The notes under the pieces are model-generated. The model was not told the origin of the DNA and did not search any database. It saw only the letters and a list, made by a program, of their open reading frames with translations. The position numbers were made by a program, and so were the translations under genes. A DNA stretch of 64,000 nt from the NCBI RefSeq assembly GCF_009914755.1, contig NC_060938.1. The stretch is one strand, 5' to 3'. The DNA comes from the human T2T-CHM13v2.0 reference genome, Homo sapiens. Shown here one piece after another: positions 54,416 to 64,000 of the stretch; within the stretch, counting starts at the first letter, position 1; the number at the start of each line of letters is the position of its first letter.

Positions 54416-56796
54416 CTAGTAGAGAGAAGTACCTAGAGGAGCAAGACATTTGAGTGTTTGCAAATAATGTTAACAGATCATGAATTGAAGGTGAGGACCT
54501 GAGTAAAAACAGGAGGGGGTCATGGATAGGGAAAAAGTAGTCAGCGAATTAGAGAGATACCACTGACCCCAGAGGATTTTTGCAATGGGAATACTAGAGT
54601 AAGTAAGGTGTTAGAGAATGAGATGCTTGAAGTGAAATTTTGAAAGTAGAACAGTTACTGGTAGTGATAAGGTCTAGGGTGTAATCGTAGTGGTGGGTGG
54701 CTGAAGTGAAATGATTATTGGAGTTGAGGAAGTCAAGGAACCAACAGGTCAGTATTGAAGTTACTGAGAGGAACAACGGGTCATGTAAAAGTCCTCAGTG
54801 AATGAGGCCAGGTGAATAGATGCCATAGTGAAGAGGAAATGTGGAAGACTAATAGTGAACTGCTGGGTGGCAAGAGCTTTAATGGGACTAGACTATTTGA
54901 AAGAGGAAAGAGAAGACATGGTTTAGAAGCTGCAGTGAGGAGCAAGGAACACATACCTCCTGCTTTTCAAGTACAGGGGGTACAAGAAGTTAAAACAACA
55001 ACAACAAAAAACCTTGAGAAGGCCGTAAGAGGAAGAGTATGATGAGGGAACAGCCAGGTACCTGGGAAGACAAGCAGGTGAAGAGAATTTTCAGAGAAGC
55101 AGTTGCAGTTACAGGTGAGTATGATCACAGTTCCAGAGAGCATCCTGAAAGGATTTGAGAGGGAGAAGAGGTAGGGGATTAGGTCTTACTGGGAGACGTA
55201 CACATCGTTGATAATTGATAACCTAGCAGTCTTGTGATTTTGGCTGTCACTCAGATAAACAAGGCTGGGAGATGTGGTGGGTTTAGCAGCCCCTGTCAGC
55301 CTCTTATGAAAGGTGGATATTCAGTTTACCTTAGTTTGTTGATGGCCTTGAGTAGTGGTAAGAAATTATTAGGTAACTCGGTGGCCTTCTCTCCTACTTG
55401 CATAGTTAGCCAGGAAAAGCTCATTTATTTTAGGGAGCTAAAATCTGAAATGTTGCTGTGGAGTTGAACTTTGCTAATGAATATTTTCATAACTTCTGCT
55501 TAATAGCACACAGTTCCAGGTTCTAAATCCCATTTTTAAAAAATGTATATATTTTATTTTATTTATTTTTTAGATACAAAGTCTCACTTTGTTGCCCAGT
55601 CTAGGGTACACTCTAGGGTCTCACTCTGTGCCCAGTCTAGTGGCGCACTCATAGCTCACAGTAACCTCGGACTCCTGGGCTCAAGCAATTCTCTCATCTT
55701 GGCCTTCTGAGTAGCTAGGACTACAGGTACATGCCACCAGCCAGTTTTCTTATATTTTTTTTTTGTAGAGACAGGGTCTCACTACATTGCCTAGGCTGGT
55801 CTCAAACTCCTGAACTCTAGCAGTCTTCCTGCCTCGGCTTCCCAAAGTGCTGGGATCACAGGCGTGAGCCACCGTGCCTGGCCTGTAGATGTGTTCATGT
55901 TATATTTTCCTGAAATATATGTAGTAGGCATCCCAATTTGCATTTCATCAGATATATGTTGAAGCGTGCATCAGGTTCTATTTAGGGAGTTGCAAACATA
56001 TGCCACCTATGTTTTTCAGTTGCTCACATTCCAATGCAAGGGTTCTTAATGTTAAACTCCCTGAAAAGTTTGTGAATTTCTACGTGTATATGTACTCTTG
56101 TTTTTTGTTTGAGTGTGTTGAGAGTTGGTGGGGGAGGGGGAGGGTCCATAGGTTTTTATCAGATTCTCAAGGGGATCTATTTAAGGACCACTGGTCTAAT
56201 TAATGGGAGAGAAAGACATGTAAACTAATCATTGTAATACAGTGAAATCAGTGCCATCACAAAGCAAGATAAAAGAGGAAGAGATTCACCTTGAAGGATG
56301 GGTTCATTAATTCCTAAACATTTATTTATTGAGGAACTTGGATGCAGTAGTATCTGTTATAGGTAATTTATACATTATTTGAAATACTTCAACATTGTTT
56401 TTACATGTATACTAATACTAATGTTTTATAGACTGAGATACATAGGTGAGGAAAGTTTAATTAACTTGCTTCAAATCACATAGAAGTAGATTCATATATG
56501 GGTCTATTTGATTGCAACATTCACTACCCCACTAGGGAGCCACTAAAGGGCTCATTGTGTCTAAGATTATCTTTGTGCTTTTAAACTTGGCAGTGACTTA
56601 ATAAACTTGCTTTCACTTAAAAAAAAAAAGTAAACTTGGCAATGATGGAAATGGGCCTTTAAACTGCTTTTCGTGTTAATGGAATTTCTATGCACTTAAA
56701 GATTTGAAATAATTTTAATAAATTTGTTTATTATATATGCCAGACTGTGCTTTTATGTTTAATTATGTTTTCATTTCATTTGAAAGACTCTTCTAG

Positions 56797-56970
<174 letters not shown>

Positions 56971-57392
56971 TAAGTTACATTTCATAATTCTATGTTTTTA
57001 TTAAATCAACTTCTCTTTTCTGTACTGTAATACCATTTCGATGTGATAAATACTGCCTTTTTACACTAGTTTATAGCAAAAGGCTTAATTTTACTTATGC
57101 CAAAAACCTATAGTGACATTTTAACTTGTAAAGTTTTGATTGACTTATAAGCTTTGCTTGTTGAAATTCAGCAAAATCTTAAGCTAATGGATTTCAGTAG
57201 AAACTTTTGCATGCTAATTTTTGGAAAGAACAAGAATACATAAGAATTTGAGAAGAGGAAACATTTTCCATGTGAAAGTTCTGTGGTCAGATCACATTAG
57301 CTTACTTTCTACATCTTTTGATGCTTAACATTGTCAGCTGGTTCTCAGAATGACCATGAGATACTGATTCATCAAAAAAAAAATCAATTATG

Positions 57393-59603
<2,211 letters not shown>

Positions 59604-59826
59604 CTTCTTTTCTGTTTAAAATGTGTGTACACACCATATATTTAAGTGTACCTTATACCACATTTTTTGTAGCTATGGAGAGCACAGGTAGTAATAATTG
59701 AAATTCATAGGTAATCATAATTTTAGCTCTTAGTTTTGCTCTTCTGCCCCAGTGTAGTCTTCAATCCAGAATTGGTGAATAATTTTGAATATTCTGTCTT
59801 TACCCTTAAAAAGATTCAAGAAGTAG

Positions 59827-60015
<189 letters not shown>

Positions 60016-60088
60016 TAAGCAATTAAAAAAATTTTGTTAGCACTCCTTCAGTGATTGTTTTTCACCTTTATTTGTGTTATTCTTTTAG

Positions 60089-60211
<123 letters not shown>

Positions 60212-61171
60212 TAGTAAGTATTTAGATGAATGGGGTTTAACTTGCTGGAAAATACCGAGGAGAATTCAGAGAGAAAATTATAGGCATTATAGGCTGAAGA
60301 ATAAAAAAGTTAGCACATTCTGCCTTGATACAGAACTCTTAACTTCCATTTGAATTTTAAAATATTTCAGAAAAAATGCTAACAGAATGTTAATAGCTCA
60401 GGCCTTTTCATATTTAACTTGGGAAAAACTCATTTAGTGTTTACTGTGTACAATAAACAAAAGATAATGTGGCCATTTCCTCTTCCTCAGAGCTTACAGT
60501 TAGATTGAGGCAACAAAGTAGCTGAGATGGCTAAATGTAGTGATTGGGGTAAATGAAGTGCTATGGCAGCAGAGTAGATAATGAATTCTAGCATTGGACG
60601 TTAAAAAGTTTATTATTGAATTAGGAAGTCCTATACTAAGTCTATATTTATCATCTACAGAGATAATTGTATTAGATATTTTCATAGATATGAACCCTGG
60701 CATTGATAAAATGGTGCAATAATGGACTCTGAAGATTTAGCCCAGAAATAACAACAGTCTCAACAGTTTTGCTTCTAGTTAATTTTTCTGCAGGATAAAT
60801 TCTTTAGCACAATGAGATTTAAATTATTCTGTTAGTTTAGACGTTAGCAAAAATGGAAACATTTGGTAACTGTATATACAAAATACACATTAAAATTTGC
60901 TAGTTCATACTAAATAATTTAATAGTGTACTAGCTTTTAAATCTAATCTCTAGCCTTGTACTTATAAGCACAAATAACTCTACAAGATTACATAATATAG
61001 TAACAAGAATGTTTGCCTCTAGTGAGGGAGTGGAGTAGGTGGGGGACAGGAGAGTGAAGCCTGCTTTCACTATATGCATTTTTACTTTTGAAATTTGTAT
61101 TATTGCATATACAGTATTACCTATTAAAATATTATAGTTGAGAAATAAATAACCTTTCTTTAGGGTTGTAA

Positions 61172-61336
<165 letters not shown>

Positions 61337-61682
61337 TAGGTATATCAAGAGAAAAGCTAAAGGCAATGCAATTGGTATTATTTTATTCTTTGGAGAAAAA
61401 ATAAGAAACACAGTTTTTGTTTTGGTTACCAGAAATTTAGAGCAACTTAAAACCGTCAAATAGGGAGTGTTTTCAAAATTAATTATTTGCATAGTAAGGG
61501 GGAAAGTATGGTATAAGACATAAGAGATTTTAAAAATTTATAGGTTAAGTATACACTCTACAAAACGGGTATCTCCCTGGAGATGTTGCAAAGGAGATGA
61601 ATTTTTTACGTATCAAATTACATGTTCTTGACCTGCTATTTAACACAACTTTGTGGATGGGTTGTTCTTTTGTTTTGTAACG

Positions 61683-61868
61683 TGATATGGTTTGGCTCTG
61701 TGTCCCCACCCAAATCTCATCTTATAGCTCCCATAATTCCCACATGTTGTGGGTGGGACCCGGTGGGAGATGATTGAATTATGAGGTTGGGTCTTTCCCG
61801 TGCTGTTCTTGTGATAGTGAATGGGTTTCACGAGATCTGATAGTTTTAGAAACAGGAGTTGCCTTGCA
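61683..61868 (+). mobile_element. THE1/MST MaLR LTR 5' fragment
   Basis: TGATATGGTTTGGCTCTGTGTCCCCACCCAAATCTCATCTT. Confidence 0.85.
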
Positions 61869-62165
61869 CATAATGTAATTACCATCTAATATAACTGCCC
61901 TGTATGTTTAAAGTTAGTCCCTTTGAAAGGGAACTCAATTCTAGTTATGATTTTACACACTTCATGTGGCACTCAGAGCATTACTATATAATATTTTGGT
62001 GTTTAGTCTCTTACAGGCTCGTTTTGTTTTATCTGTACATTAAGTTCATAGCTATTTTGTGTTACATTACAATAGTCTCAGGATCTTTATATTAAGAAAT
62101 ATTTAAGACAAATAGACTGAATTTTAGACACTTATAACCATAGATTAATGAGGAAAGGATGGCTA

Positions 62166-62613
62166 TGTTGCAGGGCAAAAGAGTGAGGGTCGTGATCAAC
62201 TCAGTATACCACTGGAGGCTATATGAGTAAACAGCAAACTGTTCGCATAAACGCAGAAAATTGGCAAACTGACAAACTGTGTCTGCCACCCAGAAGGAAT
62301 GCTGAGGGCAGTCAGGCCTCAGGTGCAGGTGTTTCTTGTGATTAGACACATCTGAAGCCTGTTAGCAGTAATGTGAACCTGTGATCAATTAAGCAGCTGA
62401 CCAATTGTTACCTCGTCCTCCCTGCTCTTTCTACCCAATAAATATGAAGGGCTGTAGAAGCTGAAGGCGGCTCCCTTTGCTCACTAGAAGCAGGGAGCTC
62501 TCTTCTTCTTCTCCTGACCCCTTCCTTTAAAATAGTTACTTTTGTTTTAAGTTTTCATTTCTGCATTCGTCCTCCTTCGTTCAGTCTCGTAGTAACCGTG
62601 GCAAACTGCAGCA
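62166..62613 (+). mobile_element. Intact solo LTR (LTR47-like) in CPSF2 intron 6
   Basis: TGTTGCAG...CTGCAGCA inverted termini; perfect 6-bp TSD tggcta (62160-62165, 62614-62619). Confidence 0.85.
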
Positions 62614-64000
62614 TGGCTATTTGAGTAAATGGTATTGAAGGATTCAACCATTTTGGAAAAAAATCAATTTGTGTCCTTTTAATTATATAACAAAAGAAAT
62701 TTCAGATGGATTAGAACTAAATAGAAATGAAGCAATATTGGTGAGTCTGATCTCTGATTTGGAAAAGACTTTGTAAGCATAAAAATAATGAACCAAGTTA
62801 CAAAGGAAAAGTTTGATAGATTTGATGACATACAGGTTCAAATGTCTGAAACAACAAATAAAAAAAAAAATCAAAGTAGGAAAATATTTGCAGCAAGTTG
62901 CCCAAAAACTTACAACATATATATAAGATCAAGTATTAATTTATTAATAAAAATATACCAGTTGCAAGATGGACAAAAGTTATAAAGTCAAAAGAGAAAA
63001 TTTAAATGATCTTTTTTTGTTAGATACCATTAAAATTATTATTATTCTTATTTATATTTTTATGTATTTTTTTGAAACAGAGTCTCACTCTGTCACCGAG
63101 GCTGGAGGCACAATCACGGCTCACTGTAGTGTCGACCTCCCAGCTTCAAGCAATCTTCCCATTTTAGCCTCCCAAGTAGCTAGGACTACAGGTGCGCTCT
63201 AACATGCCTGGCTATTTTTGTAATTTTAGTAGAGATGAGGTTTTGCCATGCTGCCCAGGCTGGTCTTGAACTACTGGGCTCCAGTGATCTGCCCACCTCT
63301 GTCTCCCAAAGTGTTGGGATTACAGGCATGAGCCACTGCACTAGTCCAAAATTATTTTTAAATGGTGATTTTCTTCTGGGAAGTATGTAGAATTGGTCAG
63401 TCTTTTTGATTGAACTTTTCTGGATGAGGTTAAATCTTGCTGGAAAGCCTTTTAGCAGTACTATGTATTAACAGTAAATACATTTTTAGGAATGTGACCT
63501 AAAGAAACAATCAGAAATGCAATTGAAGCTTTTGTAAAAAATGTTCTTTGGAAGATTATAATGGCAAAAATAAGTGACCGAAATATCAGTAAAGGGAAAG
63601 GATCAAATACAGTGTAGACACAATAAAATGTTTTTATAACTGTTAAACATTTAGTTTAGAAAAAAATTTTTATGTCCTGGGTAAAAACCAGGATATAGAA
63701 CTGAGCGTATAGGAATGTATATGGGATATCAGCTTTGTAAAATACATATGTATATCAGTACTTACCATAAGACAGGGCAAAAAGAAAAATAAAAAAAATA
63801 CATATGTGCATAGAAAAACTTATATGGTTAGCAGGATGTACACCAAAATATTATGTCAGTTATCTCTGAGTAATGGTACTCTGGAAGATTTTTATTTTCT
63901 TCTTTATACTTTTTTGAAGTTACTGGATTTCTTATCAATGAGCATGTCTACTTTTATAGTTAGAGGAGGGAACACCTTATAAATGAAGCTGCTTATTTTT

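Overview
Human (primate) genomic DNA recognisable as the chr14q32.12 ATXN3-NDUFB1-CPSF2 locus. The minus strand carries ATXN3 coding exons 1-9 (Josephin domain plus UIM1/2, codons 1-291; the CAG/polyQ exon lies beyond the left edge) and the complete 3-exon NDUFB1 gene. The plus strand carries CPSF2 (CPSF100) exons 1-6, head-to-head with NDUFB1 across a shared CpG island. All coding exons were placed by reading splice sites and checking phase against the known proteins. The rest is extremely Alu-dense, with solo LTRs, DNA-transposon relics and L1/L2/MIR fragments; almost all ORFs in the supplied track are Alu translation artefacts. I found no new gene system. The most notable unexplained structures are: (i) a local inverted duplication of an Alu plus about 105 bp of its flank (36.8-38.1 kb); (ii) a cluster of potential attenuation signals at the CPSF2 5' end (uORF, GC donor, AATAAA in a 5'UTR exon); (iii) intron 8/9 read-through routes to polyQ-less ataxin-3; and (iv) a three-octamer LTR upstream of ATXN3. 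Repeat family names and boundaries are from recognition, not a search, and are approximate.
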